Of a stretch of 64,000 nucleotides of DNA, positions 29,323 through 42,908 are shown piece by piece (positions within the stretch are counted from its first letter, which is position 1; each line of letters starts with the position of its first letter). The position numbers and the translations under genes are program-made. The DNA lies in NCBI GenBank assembly GCA_951406725.2, contig OX597818.1, positions 82,398,001 to 82,462,000 on the forward strand, read 5' to 3'. This DNA comes from Octopus vulgaris (Eukaryota). A model generated the notes under the pieces. It was not told the DNA's origin and ran no database searches. It saw nothing but the letters and a program-made list of their open reading frames with translations.

Positions 29323-30601
29323 CGAGGGGCGTTCAATAAGTAATGCCCCTGACCCACTTCCCATAGCAGTAGAGCAACGAAACTTGGCACAGTTATTAGT
29401 CTTTTTCTACATAGAAACCGCCCAGAGTTATGCATTTCTCCCATCGTTTGATGCAGCTATGGAGACCGTTTTTGTAGAAGACCCCAGCTTGGTCCTCCAA
29501 CCACGACTTGACTTCAGAAATCAAGGCTGGGAGACGCTTTCCTTTCAAAAACAACTTCATGGCTGGGAAGAGGTGAAAATCAGAGGGTGCAAGGTCAAGA
29601 GAGTAGGGGGTATGGGGGAGGAGCTCATAGCCGCACGCCTGTGCTTCTGATCTGGCGGCACACGAGTTGTGGACCGGAGCGTTGTCCTGCAGGAGGAGGA
29701 TGTCTTTGCTGATCTTGCCCGGCCTCTTGATTTTGATAGCTTCTCTTAATTTCCTCAAAAGTGAAGCATAATAGGCTCCTGTAATTGTGGTACCCTTTGA
29801 CAGGAAATCTGTCATCACTATTCCGTCCTGGTCCCAGAAGACTGTGAGCATGACCTTGCCAGTAGAGGGCTGCACCCTTGCCTTCTTTGGAGGAGGTGAG
29901 TCACGGTGCTTCCACTGCATTGACTGGGCTTTGGTCTCTGGATCATAGTGATGGACCCAGGTTTCATCCCGTGTAATCAGTCTTTTGAACAATTTTGACT
30001 CATCTTCTTGGCACATCTCCAAATTCATCCTCGAGCACTCGACACGTTCTTGCTTCTGGAAAGGTTTGAGCAACCTGGGAATCCATCTGGCAGACACCTT
30101 TTGCATATGCAAATGGTCATGAATGATAGTTTCCACAGACCCGGCACTAATCTTGACCTCATGGGCTATTTAGCGAATAGTTATGCGTCGATCTTCCAAA
30201 ATGGCAGCATCAACTTGACGGACATATGCCTCATCAATGGCAGAAGGGGGCGACCAGATCTGGGAGCTGTTTCCACAGAGTTCCAACCATGTTTGAATTC
30301 ATGATGCCAGCATTGTACAAGGTCATATGATGGGGCATCATCACCATAAGTTACTTTCATTTCATCAAAAGTCTCCCGTGGTGTGCGTCCTTTCAAATAC
30401 AAAAACCGGATCACTGCTCGACACTCAACAGGCTCCATTTCACACTTGACTCAGTTCAAACACCTGTAAATCAGAAACCACAATTAGTTCAGAGCTGTAA
30501 TTTGCCAGTTAATCTATAGAGATATAAATAATTGCACATGATTTCAGCTAGATCAAACAATTGCAAGTGGGTCAGGGACATTACTTATTGAACGTCCCTC
30601 G
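29323..30601 (-). mobile_element. Full-length mariner (DD34D, irritans-like) with TA TSD
   Basis: TIRs cgaggggcgttcaataagtaatgcccctgacccactt and aagtgggtcagggacattacttattgaacgtccctcg, each flanked by TA. Confidence 0.97.
29396..30438 (-). pseudogene. mariner transposase with frameshift (ORFs 30181..30438 and 29396..30136)
   Basis: WIPRLL, TRDETWVHHYDPETK, LLQDNAPVH, YSLDLAPSDFHLF; 34 residues between the second and third catalytic Asp. Confidence 0.95.
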
Positions 30602-31034
30602 TATAAAGCTGAAGTTGTCTGTGTGTGGCAGGTTTGGTAGCCTTCAACTAACACTATCTCCTTCGGGACCCTGGAGCGCAAGTTGACCAAAATTTAGAGT
30701 ATTATTGAAGAAGGCTTGCTCTTCATTCTGTAGAAGATAAAATTCAAATCGGACCATGTTAACACCAAAAATTATTTACATCAAAAAGGTGCTTTTTTTC
30801 TATGAAAATCCCTATTTTTTTACGATTTTTCACTGCTGTGTCACCATTTTTCGATGTATTTCAACTGGAAAAATGTTCACAGGAAGAGAATAACAAGTTG
30901 CATAATGCAGAATTTTTACTTTTCAAAATATCCAATTCTAACGGGTCGAAACAAACCCAAGCAACACCGGGTGATACTGCTGGTATATATACATATATAC
31001 ATATGCATGTGCATATATACATGTATATATATAA

Positions 31035-31074
<40 letters not shown>

Positions 31075-31161
31075 GTATGCGAATATATGCATGTATATAT
31101 ATATATATAGGTGTATATATGTATATATATATTTGTATATATATGTATATACATGTGTGTG

Positions 31162-31215
<54 letters not shown>

Positions 31216-32042
31216 GTGTAGATAGATGGATGTATATACTTCAGCAGACTCCCCAGGAAATTTTTCTCTTGAAAAAATCTAAATTAATATGATAGCTTAT
31301 CTTGTGTCCTCGGCTGTCAGAACAGCATCAAAAGAAGCCCGGTTTGACTCGATACGTGGATGTTACGGCTCAGTCAACCTAAACAGAAACCTGAGGATTT
31401 AAAAAATACAATACAAAAAAATCAATAAAAGAAAAGACGAAAACCATATTCAACGAAACAGAAACAAAGAGATTTATTATGAAACTGAAAAGAAAGACTT
31501 ATAAATGGTCATACAAATATCAAAATGAAAGGAATTCTGGAAGTGAAGAATAATTAGAATATCTTCTTTTTTAAAAAAAATATTCTGGATAAGACTTACA
31601 AAAAATCATATGTGGTTCTTCCAAGGATTACAGATATTTGAAACAAATGCAAATATATTTCTACAGAGATTAATGATAACATATTGTGAAAGAAGTTATG
31701 GGAATATTAAAAGAAATTGAATCATAGAAGAGGATATAAGTGGAAGATATATAGCTTAATTAAGAGGTTTTACTTATTTATGACTTAGCAAAACTGGCAA
31801 GGTATGAAAGCAACTACAAACTGAAAGTTACTGAGCATGGACAATATCTTCTAGAGAAGAGTACACATAAAAATCATTGCAGTGTCTCTCTTTGATTGAT
31901 AACAGAAACCAGACTAAACATACTGTATAATTCGAAAGTCCCGGAAACGTTAATACATACAAGAGGATGACCGAACTCAGTTAAGAACGGTTTAGATTCT
32001 TATTGTAAGCCTGACTTCTTAATTTCTCTGTCTGTCTCTCTA

Positions 32043-32044
<2 letters not shown>

Positions 32045-32138
<94 letters not shown>

Positions 32139-32158
32139 AATCTATCTAGTCATCTATC

Positions 32159-32225
<67 letters not shown>

Positions 32226-32265
32226 TTATTTATCTATCTATCTATCCATGTACCTATCTATCTAC

Positions 32266-32338
<73 letters not shown>
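32045..32338. repeat. (TCTA)n microsatellite
   Basis: Direct reading. Confidence 0.95.
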
Positions 32339-32339
<1 letters not shown>

Positions 32340-32711
32340 CACACATCCACACACTTGCACCTGGCACTATATCATGCTTATCTTCACCCATCACCTCGCT
32401 GCAATCAATATAATTAATTGTCTCATTGACTGCTGTTCATCAAAGATTTCAGTGGAGATGGTCAGTTGTCATCCTGTTGTTTATAATGACAACCCACTGG
32501 ACCACCAGGGACAGTTGAGAAAGTGATATTCTGATGACTGAATAGGATTAACGTCAAATTCTACAGTTTCTTCCACAATGAATATTTTTTTTATATCTTT
32601 TACGTAGGTGTATGATATTGTTTGTTGCAAATCATTGATGGGTGGTCACTTTGTTTATAATATGTTGCTGGCAGAAGCGAATCTTAGCTATCACTTCAGT
32701 GCGCAGGTGCG

Positions 32712-32758
32712 CGTGGCTGACGAAGAGCCAACTAGATTGAAACTGGGCCAGTCCCACG
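32712..32758 (+). ncRNA. Type I hammerhead ribozyme motif in a probable Penelope pLTR remnant (~32600-32960)
   Basis: cgtgg-CTGACGA-agagccaactagatt-GAAAC-tgg g cca-GTC-ccacg: 5-bp helix I, near-palindromic helix III (actggGccagt), weak helix II. Confidence 0.65.
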
Positions 32759-33008
32759 TTTCTGTCAGCTAATGGAGTGTTAGGGGGGAGTTCGCTCCCC
32801 CTGCTAGCAATGTATTGTATATATAGGATGCATATCGTGCATCGAAAACCAGTTGGCGGAGAATCTGCCTGAGGTTAAACTAGCAGTAGACTTCACCTGG
32901 TACTTCGATGTGGCAACTTGTTCAGTTTTTGTACGCGTTACTACTCTATCTCGTCTTGAGATTTTATAACTAGCTAGTACACTATATGTATATATATATA
33001 TATATATA

Positions 33009-33262
33009 TGGAGGCGCGTGGCTTGGAGGTTAGGGTGTCAGCATCATGATCGTAAGATTGTGGTTTCGACTCCTGGACCGGGTGACACGTTGTGTTCTTC
33101 AGCAAAACACTTCATTTCACGTTGCTCCAGTTCACTCAGCTGGCAAAAATGGGTAACGCTGCGATGGTCTGGCGTCCCGTCCAGCTAGGGAACACATATG
33201 CCATTGAAACCGGGAAACCGGTCCCATGAGCCCGGCTAGGCTTTATAAGGCCGCATTTACTT
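33009..33262 (+). mobile_element. tRNA-derived SINE (same family as 52431-52685)
   Basis: A/B boxes and gcgatggtctggcgtcccgtccag core; aligns end-to-end with the 52431 copy. Confidence 0.9.
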
Positions 33263-33319
33263 TATATATATATATATATGTGTGTTTGTGTGTGTGTGTG
33301 TGTGTGTTTATCCTTGAGT

Positions 33320-33505
33320 GTCTCTGTCTCCCGCCATTGTTTGACAACTGATCTTGATGCGTTTATGCCAACGTAACATAGCAGTTCAGCAAAAGAAACC
33401 AATAGAATAAGAACTAGGGTCAATTTCTTCAACTAAAGCCCCATAAGACAGTCCTCCAAAATCATCACAGTCAAATGAATGACAGAAGTAAAAGAGTAAC
33501 AGAAT
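33320..33505 (+). mobile_element. SINE 3' half (56507 family), decayed
   Basis: ttgacaactgat...gttcagcaaaagaaaccaatagaataag...cagtcaaatga. Confidence 0.7.
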
Positions 33506-33732
33506 ATATAATATGTATATGTTTTTATGTATGAACATATATATATATATATATATTTATAAAATTAGATAGGGGTTGTAAATTCAACCCTCCATGGGAT
33601 AATATATATCCAATATACTGCTAGAGAAGTACCCAACAAAACTAATACATAAATGTTAAAAATTGCGATGCAATTAATTAATCTACTGTATTATGTGGCC
33701 AAGGGTAAAATTATTACCGTAAATTAATAATG

Positions 33733-33825
33733 CAAAATGAGAAAATGGACAAACATACCTAAATCAATCATTTAGGTATGTTTCTCCATTTTCTCATTTT
33801 GTATAAATATATACATATACATATT

Positions 33826-33865
<40 letters not shown>

Positions 33866-33869
33866 GCAT

Positions 33870-33930
<61 letters not shown>

Positions 33931-33980
33931 TAAATATGTATATGTATATATTTATACAAAATGAGAAAATGGAGAAACAT
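33733..33980. repeat. Nested fold-back inverted repeats
   Basis: 32-bp stem (33733-33764 / 33770-33801, one mismatch); 33777-33830 is inverted again at ~33925-33980 across a (TA)n tract. Confidence 0.85.
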
Positions 33981-34301
33981 ATATATATATATGTACGCAT
34001 ACATATATATATATGTACCCACATGCACACATGTATGTGCATGTATGAATGTTCCCGTAATAAGAATTTAAAAACTTCCAAGGAAAGGGAAAATGATTCT
34101 TTGGGGGTGGGGGGGAATATTGGTTCACGAAGCTATAAATAATGACATGTAAATATTGACTTGAAAATTCCTTTTGAATAGAAACATTTAACGGCTACTT
34201 ATGAGATTCGAAACCACATCCTTGGGCTAATTTACATGTTCGTATTCAACTTATGGGCTTCGAGAGCTACTCTTCCCCCAAACAAGTATATATACAAACA
34301 A

Positions 34302-34336
<35 letters not shown>

Positions 34337-34752
34337 GAGAGAGATAGATAGATATATGTATGTATTCGTATGAGTGTCCTACGGTCATTGGGCAGAAACG
34401 TATGAAAGAATATATTCACTAACACACGCACACACGCACACTCTCTCGCACACACATACACACCTGTGTGTATGTTAAAAGATATTCTCAGCTAAATGTT
34501 AAAGATAAGAATTGTAATATGATATGAAAACAAAATTACAAAGATTAAGGAATGAAAAATTCATATATCATTTAAATGTTAATGTTAGAGCTGAATCACC
34601 CATAATATTTGAAAAGAAATCAATACTGATTAGCAAAAGCAATATATATATAACTACATATATACGTATATATATATTATATACATATATATATATATGT
34701 ATACATGCATATATATATACATGTATATATATATATTTATATATATACATGC

Positions 34753-34823
<71 letters not shown>

Positions 34824-34851
34824 TATATATGTATGTATTCATATATATGTA

Positions 34852-34937
<86 letters not shown>

Positions 34938-35589
34938 CGAGAATCAGAAAGTGTATTTCAGCGGGGATCTTACTCATATTAAATCATAAATTACGTAAAT
35001 ATGATAATACATCACAATTCATATTTATAAGCAACAGTTTTATATAATCCATTGGAATTTATGTAAATTAAAATACTTTAAAATACAATAATTTATTCAA
35101 TGCATTTTACTTTAATCCCTCTCAATATGCAAATGATACTTTCCGGTTACCAATCCTTACCTTGATTTCGTATCTATTTTATCTCTTTTCTTTCTTTGTT
35201 CCTTCAATAGCTTCTCAGAAAAGATTCCCGTTAGAAAATAAAGTCATACTTCAGTTTGTTTGTTAGCGGCTATATATCTATGTATACGGTGCGCGTAACA
35301 TCAATATAATAAGAATTATTGCTTATCTGTGTGTGAGTGTGCATAACGAGCAGCCAGTTTAGATTAAAAACAACTGTGATATTTGCCAACTACCAACATC
35401 ACGAACTACCCGTAACCTTTTGCAACTGGTGTGCGGTGTCTTTTACTTTTTTATGTTATTACTTATTGCGATATTTGATGGAGCAAAATATTATCATCCT
35501 TTTTAGCTTCGAAGTCCCAATATAATTAAAATTCCTTTCGCTGATATATTAAAAAATATTTTTTAAAAGCAGTCAAAGGATACATATTA

Positions 35590-36070
35590 ATTGCCGATTG
35601 AGCATGCAAATTAATTAATTCTATTCATGAATATTCACTGCAGTTTAAGCATGTATATTAACTGCAGTTTATTCATGCATATTAGCTGCATTTTATGCAT
35701 GCATATTGACTACAGTTTAAGCATGCAAATTATCTCATTTTGTGCATGCATAGTAACTGAAGTTTAAGTATGCAAATTATTTCATTATACGCTTGCATAT
35801 TAACTGCATATTAACAGTCTAAGTATTATATCAACTGCATTTTAAATACGTTTATTACTGCCTTTTATGCATTCTTATTTACCACATTTTAAGCATGCAA
35901 ATTAACTTATTCTTGTATATCATCCGCAATTTAAATATGCATATTACCTGCCGTCTTAGCATGCTCATTAGCCGTATTTTAGGCATGCAATTTAAGTGCG
36001 CTCTATGCATGCCTATTAGCTACATTTGACGCATACATGCTAACTTCAGTGTAAGCATGTATATGAACTT
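35590..36070. repeat. Degenerate ~24-bp minisatellite (consensus ~ttaagcatgcatattaactgcagt) containing octamer motifs
   Basis: About 20 diverged units; exact ATGCAAAT at 35604, 35723, 35770 and 35895. Confidence 0.8.
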
Positions 36071-38439
36071 CAATCTCTATACGTCATCTAACATCATATA
36101 GATTTGTTAACGTCCTATTGAACCAAATGAATACTATCGAAAATCTACACCCAATCAACCTAGTGAAGAAATCTGAAAATATTCCATAATGTACGAAGAC
36201 GAAATGTATTTTGAGGTTCTCTTATCATAATGCAGGAAAAATGAAATAGATCTTCAGAAAAATAGAATCATTCTTTCGTAAGAAATAAGTAATATTATAT
36301 CGACAATTCGGAGAAAACTGTACACTTAAATAGCTACAGGTGCCTTTCAACAGCATATCCTCTTATACAGGTGACACTACACTTCATTCTTCCCTATCTT
36401 CTCTCAATCATGCATCATTACTTACCCCATGACAAACTCGCGGTGCTTTCATTATCAGAAATTTGGGAAGTTTCGGTGGATGAGGATATATATACCAATG
36501 TCGTTTCTTTCGGAAGCAAAGAGAAACAGATATTACTTACACTAAGAAATATCATCGCACCAAACTCCCCGTAATTATAAGAGGCACATAGCTATTTCCA
36601 TCCAAGTTGTACAAAATATTGGTTTGAGAATCTTTCCAGGTGAAAACACTTTCTTAACGTAGAAAACATTTCACAACAGGTTTAGAAGGTGCTCCAGCCC
36701 CCCCCCAATATTTTTGACACCCTACATACTTTAGATGAAGTTGATAATGGAATATTTCTCTCCCTTCGCGAGTGGTGCTACAACTGCTGGTGCTGCTGCT
36801 CTCACACAAGCATACTAAACTACGTCTAGAAAAGTGTGAAATAACTGACATCAAACTATTCTAGATTGTTGCCAAAGATCCATGTCTTTTCTCCCTTTCT
36901 TTCCATCTCTTTACCTCTCTCTCTGTCTCTCTGCTTTTCCTATTTGTCTTGACGGTTATCGCTTTTCAGTGCTGTTTTGGATTAGGCCGCCTCTAATTAT
37001 GTATTCTCAGTGTTCTAATCCCGTCACCCACCTGTCCAGATTCCAAGGCCTCATATAATCAGCTACATACAATCCTTTAATTCCTAAAACGCCAACCTTC
37101 TCGAGTTCCTTGACTGTGGCTGACTTTAGTACAGGTGCTACATTCAAAATGGTTCAAGATAAACAATAATGGTATTAATCTCATTAGTCTACGGGTCAGA
37201 AATGAGCGTCTCCGTGGATCAAGTGTACTTCCGTTTCTTCCAGACATAGCAACCAAAGAAAACAAATAAACGCATCTGCGCACTGAGAAATTACTTTATT
37301 AGAAATATTGACTCATGCTTTAGAACACTCGTAATACAATCTTTCGAATATAAATATATGATATAAAGCATATTTTACATAAGCATAGCTATCAACTTGT
37401 TACTTTTAGGTATTCAAGAATATATGAATGTAGCAGCTTTGTATGTGAAAGTTGTATGTTGACAGCTGCCAGAAGTTACACTTTCTATCAAGGGCTTCTA
37501 TAGAAATGTCACTAACTTACGTATTAAATAACGAATATTTATTAGGTGTTTGCAACTTTATATGAATAATCACCACGAGATTTTCGTCTTGTCAACAGTA
37601 TATTGCATGATTTGGATATCACAGTCCAAACACACCCTCGAGTCGTTGAGAAGGTTCATGTCACAAGAAATCTCACAAAGGTTTTACTGTTATTTATAAT
37701 ATGCTTTTCAGTTTAAAATGTTCGGTTCAAAATTTAATACTTGCTCGAAGTGAAATATTGGATTTGTTTTCTATTCTCAAAATCTATATTGTTAATTATT
37801 TTTTAAACGTTTAAACAAAATAGGTAATAACGATTCCTTTCATCACAAGAACAAGAGAAAAGTTTATTAGATTGAACAAACCGTGGCGTATGTTATAAAT
37901 AATGGCAATAATTTTATTAATTGTGAAAGAATGAAGAGCGAAGATGACCTCCCCAGCTTTGGAATTCAGAACACAAAGGATATGAAATAACTTACTGAGC
38001 ATATTTTAAATCAGTAAGCAGCACTCGAATTAATGAGGATGAAAATGATGGAAGAATAATGAGGAGTAGGGAAGGAAAGATATCGAAAGGCCCATTAGAG
38101 CCACCAATGCTTTTTATTAATTTGTACGTTATCTATTCAGGGAGGTAAGAAATAAAATCTACTTCATTGAGATTCGAAATCAGAACAGTTAATTTTGCCG
38201 GGAGAGCTGTTTAACTGAATCACCTGTTATATTTCGCTCTCGAATATGCACACTGTAAATTACCCAAATGGGTATATAATACCAAAGTAAAATCTGAGGA
38301 CAAATTACATTTAGTGTTTGAGTGAAATACTCATGCATTTATAAGGGATTCTAATCATCGGTTAACTATTATGCTAAATCATTCGAAATAGCAATTGTTC
38401 AACACACACACACACACACACACACATACACACACACAT

Positions 38440-38500
<61 letters not shown>

Positions 38501-38504
<4 letters not shown>

Positions 38505-39075
38505 ATACACAATAATAACAATAATTCTAGGATGGAATTTATAAATATTTAATACATTGCTACGTACGTTTCCACAAATCACAAAGTTTTGACATCAGTT
38601 GTCATCATTGGGATTAGTACAGTATAGTCCGTATTATCCGTGGGCGTCCGGTTGATTATCATTGATCCATTTCATCAGGTGATAATGCATTAATGAGTGA
38701 ATCACAGAGGTTTATCGTTTCTTGCAGTATGAACGCCAATCTATAGAACAAATGATGAAATGAATCAATGATGATTATCAAGCGGATACCAACGGATAAT
38801 ACGGACTATATTGTACTAATACGAAGGATGCGGACTCTCATGTCAAAATCATGTGATTTGTGGAAACGTACGTAGCGATGTATTGAATATTTATAAATCC
38901 CATCCTAGAATAATTGCTATTATTATATTTTTCTTGCATTATCTCGGTATAACAATGATGCAACCCCGCCAAAAAATGGAAAAAATTAATTCACTAGTCA
39001 GTATCATTAGACGGTAGCCGGCGCAATGAAATAGGAGCTTGATTTGCATATCCCTAACGTCACCATAAACGAATT
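38501..39075. mobile_element. Penelope pLTR-like fold-back element with ~175-bp inverted arms and a split hammerhead-like motif
   Basis: 38501-38676 is the reverse complement of ~38753-38932; GAAACgtacGTA in both arms; flanked by (CA)n and (TA)n; another family copy at ~63165-63290. Confidence 0.75.
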
Positions 39076-39079
39076 ATAC

Positions 39080-39145
<66 letters not shown>

Positions 39146-39154
39146 ATACATACC

Positions 39155-39450
39155 CTTGAAGATCTCCTAATCCAGGATGAATGTTGGGTTCATCATTCTG
39201 AGTCAGACAAAATGATCCACGCAGTGCAAACACCCCCTCCTGACTGATCTGCTCCAAAGAAAGCCAAGTTTGTTTCAACTGCTGGGAAGATGATCGCCTC
39301 AGTTTTGGGGAAAAGGGCCAAGCCATGAATGGAGAGTACTATGCCAACTTGCTGAGATAGTTGCAAATGGCTATCCAGATCAAACGCCCAGAAAAAACAG
39401 ACGAATGAAATCTTGCTTAAACTGGACAATGCTCCAGCACGCAAGACCGC
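39155..39450 (+). mobile_element. mariner transposase internal remnant
   Basis: IQDECWVHH..., APKKAKFVSTAGKMIASV, NGEYYANLLR, LDNAPA. Confidence 0.8.
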
Positions 39451-40014
39451 AGGAGGGACCTTGTTGAAAGATAAACTTCATTTGGTCATATTTTATAAGA
39501 GTATCTTTTTCAACCCATATACTTTTGTCGACCCTGGCGTATTCTACTAATATATTGTACAACTCATTATAAATGAATGTATATTCTACACGTAGGATTT
39601 TCATATTCAGAACTTCTAAGTAGTATTCAAAGTAGTGAAAATATTGAAAGTGAATGGTAATAAATTTTATCAAAACAGTTCATTTCTGCCAAAAGGGCAA
39701 TTTGATTGTCAAAGAATACTTGTGGGAATCACTGAGTTAGGTTTGTGACACTTATTAAGTACGTATTTGCATAGGGAGATACATTAATACCAATAATAGG
39801 TTATAAATTATTAACAAATTAGTCATATAGTTGGAAGAGGTGACGATGGAAGAGGATAAGGAGAAAAATAAAAATGAAAGATAAGTAACTCAGTGATAAC
39901 ATAAATCGATAGAAAGATAGAAACGTTGAAGATGATGATAATTATGATGAAGGTAATATAACAAACATAAAATTTAAACTGAAAATAGTCAGATAAATTG
40001 ATGAGGCACCCACG

Positions 40015-40076
<62 letters not shown>

Positions 40077-40284
40077 CAGTGTATGTGTGTGTGATTATGT
40101 CTGTGTACGCTTCTGTGTATGTACACAAAATCACACGTTGCACAACATGGCAAGCGTACTTATATATATGTATGTATGTATAAATGTATGTATGTATGTT
40201 TGTATGTATGTATAAAAAAATAATCATATTTGGAAATCATTGTGGATAGTTTAACCGAGTTAATATAAACCGTAATGAAAATGA

Positions 40285-40610
40285 TGACCTGGCAGAATCT
40301 TTAGCACACCGGGCAAAATGCTTAGCGGCATTTCATCTGCTGTTACTTATGAGATCAAAATCTTCGGTTCACTTTTACATTCTATCCTTCCAGGATCAAT
40401 ACAATATTTACCAGTTGATCACTAGGGTAAATATTATCGACCTACCTCCAAAGAAATTGCTGGCCTTGTGCCAAAATTTGAAACTATATTAACCGTAAAA
40501 AAGGCGATACGCTGGTAGAATTGTTAGCAAACGGGAGAAAAGATGCAGCGGCATTTCGCTCGTTTTTAAGCTCTGAGTTCAAATTTTGCTGAGTTCAATT
40601 TGGTCTTATG
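40285..40610 (+). mobile_element. Decayed SINE (5380 family), partly tandem
   Basis: ctggcagaatctttagcacaccgggcaaaatgcttagcggcatttc head; second head at ~40505. Confidence 0.7.
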
Positions 40611-40689
40611 ACTCGGATGCCATACATTTGGTTTTGCATAAGGTATTGTTTCTAGAGAAGGTTTAAGAAAACATAAAAGATTTATAAGT

Positions 40690-41682
40690 TTATGTTAAAA
40701 TTTGGGATTACATAGTATTTTACGAAGGATATGGGCAGTTCCCATGAGCACTATTTTTTAATTTCTGCCAATATTGAATTTTCTGGGATCTGAGCTAGGT
40801 AGTAATCAACCGCTTTTGCTCTTATTCCTAGGACACCTATGTCAACAGGTATTGTTTTAGTCTTGAGGTTTCACATTTTGCCAATTTCTGTTTCAAGATA
40901 TTTATACTTGCTCAGTATTTGGTAAGTCTTAACAGATACATTTATGTCGATTGGGACAGTCATATCGATGAGGAGGCATGAATTTTGTCTCAACTCCTTT
41001 AATATAATGTCTGGACTATTCGCATCTCTGTCAGTTTGAAAGGTGAAGTTCCAGAGGAGTGAGATGTGGTCATTTTCAAGCACTAGAGGTGGTCTGTGTT
41101 CTCACCATTTCTTTTCACGGGGCAGGTCCAAGTTTTTGCAAATTATCCAGTGAATATACTGTGCTGCTCTACCATGCCTGCTCAGATACTCTGTAGGTGC
41201 AAGAAAACTGCACATGGAGTCAACATGATCGATGGTTTCATTTTGATGTTTACATAAATGACATGTTAAACTGCTGCTGTTCTTTAATATATTGGTCTGG
41301 TAGCTTCTTGTAGGTAGGGATTGATCTTGGGCTCCTGTGATAAACCCTTCTATCTCTGATGATGTTAAGCCAGGAGACACTAATCATTGATGGGTAAGGG
41401 CTTTGTCAGCATTATTAGCTCTCTTTGGGTATTTGCAAATTGAGATTTTCTTGCCGTTTATCAACAACTTTAGCACGGGTTTTCACACGTTTACCTTTTT
41501 CTGTGCTTGTTTCCAGTACGTCTGATTCTGTGAATTGTAGTATTTGAAATTCACTTAGATATTTCTTTGCCTACTTTTTTTTTTACTGAATATGATGTTT
41601 TCTTGTTTTAACATCCAACCATCAGAGGTTTTCAGGTAGGTGTTTAAGCCAATTGAGTCAATCTTCATTGTTAATTCCAGAC
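40690..41682 (-). mobile_element. R4/Dong-clade non-LTR retrotransposon 3' fragment, second subfamily
   Basis: EGFITGAQDQSLPTR..CHLC...ETIDHV..C..YLSRH (41102..41380); DANSPDIIL..LIDMTVP..KYKYLE (40871..41083); MGTAHILRKIL. Confidence 0.9.
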
Positions 41683-41895
41683 CTTCTTCTTCTTCTTCTT
41701 CTTCTTCTTCTTCTTCTTCTTCTTCTTCTTCTTCTTCTTCTTCTTCTTCTTCTTCTTCTTCTTCTTCTTCTTCTTCTTCTTCTTCTTCTTCTCCTCCTCT
41801 TCCTCCTCCTCCTCCTTCTTCTTCTTCTTCTTCTTCTTCTTCTTCTTCTTCTTCTTCTTCTTCTTCTTCTTCTCCTTCTTCTTCTTCTTCTTCTT

Positions 41896-41926
<31 letters not shown>

Positions 41927-41955
41927 TGATTATTATTATTATTATTATTATTATT
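41683..41955. repeat. (TTC)n microsatellite followed by (TTA)n
   Basis: Direct reading. Confidence 0.95.
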
Positions 41956-42579
41956 CATATGCGGCTATTTTATTCCTAGAAATGCGTAGTAAATGCAGGG
42001 CAAATGTATCTTTATGATATGTGCCATAGTGTTTAAACACTACGCATGCATAACATAATATATAATATCGTACACAATTAAAATCTACAGTCACAAGATT
42101 TATCGTAGTCTACGATCAAAACCTGAAGTAAGCTATCATCATTAAGTGCTACGAGATGAACACAAATTAGATCGTGATCATTACAAATGATGAAACCAAT
42201 TGATTGAGATTTTCGAAACGATAAATATTAAGATTGATTAAGAAACTATTGAACCGTCTAATTAAATTAAATATTAGTTATTATGCAGACGCAATCAAGG
42301 CTTGAATAAAATTACCTGCAAGTTATGAAAACTGGTTTGAAATATATCAGATCAAAGTTAATTATTTTCTGCTGCTTTTCTTTTTTATTATCCGATCAAC
42401 AATTTTCACTTAATGCATAACATACTTCAATACGCACGCACTCCCGTGCACGTACATGTGCACATACATACATGAAAACATACACACACATACATATACA
42501 CATCCATACATATCTATATCAATCTATGTCTCTCTGCCTCTCTGTCTCTCTGTCTCTCTCATTCTCTCTCTCTCTCTCT

Positions 42580-42627
<48 letters not shown>

Positions 42628-42629
<2 letters not shown>

Positions 42630-42908
42630 GTCGCTCTTTACAAGCCTAGCCAGGATCATGGGCTCGGTTTCTCGGTTTCTTTGGCGTATGTGCTCCGCAC
42701 AGCTGGACGGGACGCCAGTCCATCGCAGCATTACTCAAGAAACAGGAAGAGAGAGTGAGAGAAAGTCGTGGTGAAAGAGTACAACAAGAGCCCCTTCCCT
42801 GCCGGGGCCTTGTGGAGCTTTTAAGTGTTTACGCTCAATAAACACACAACGCCCGGTCTGGGAATCGAAACCGCGAGTCCGCTGCCCTGGCCACTGGGTC
42901 ATTGCGGT

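Larger units (their letters stand above)
28615..30984 (+). mobile_element. Composite non-autonomous Helitron(s): three 5' TC termini, one 3' hairpin; interrupted by a mariner
   Basis: 5' ends tctatatatataaaactcaac (28615), tctatttatataaaactcaac (29205) and tctatatg|ta|taaagctgaag (29313, split by the mariner); 3' cccaagcaacaccgggtgatactgCTGG at 30956-30983 is homologous to the CTAG end at 48450. Confidence 0.75.

Noticed and set aside
31300-31990. A-rich stretch that might be a decayed LINE RT
   Set aside because: No motif convincing enough to assign.
41671-41958. Poly-K/poly-S ORFs
   Set aside because: (TTC)n microsatellite.
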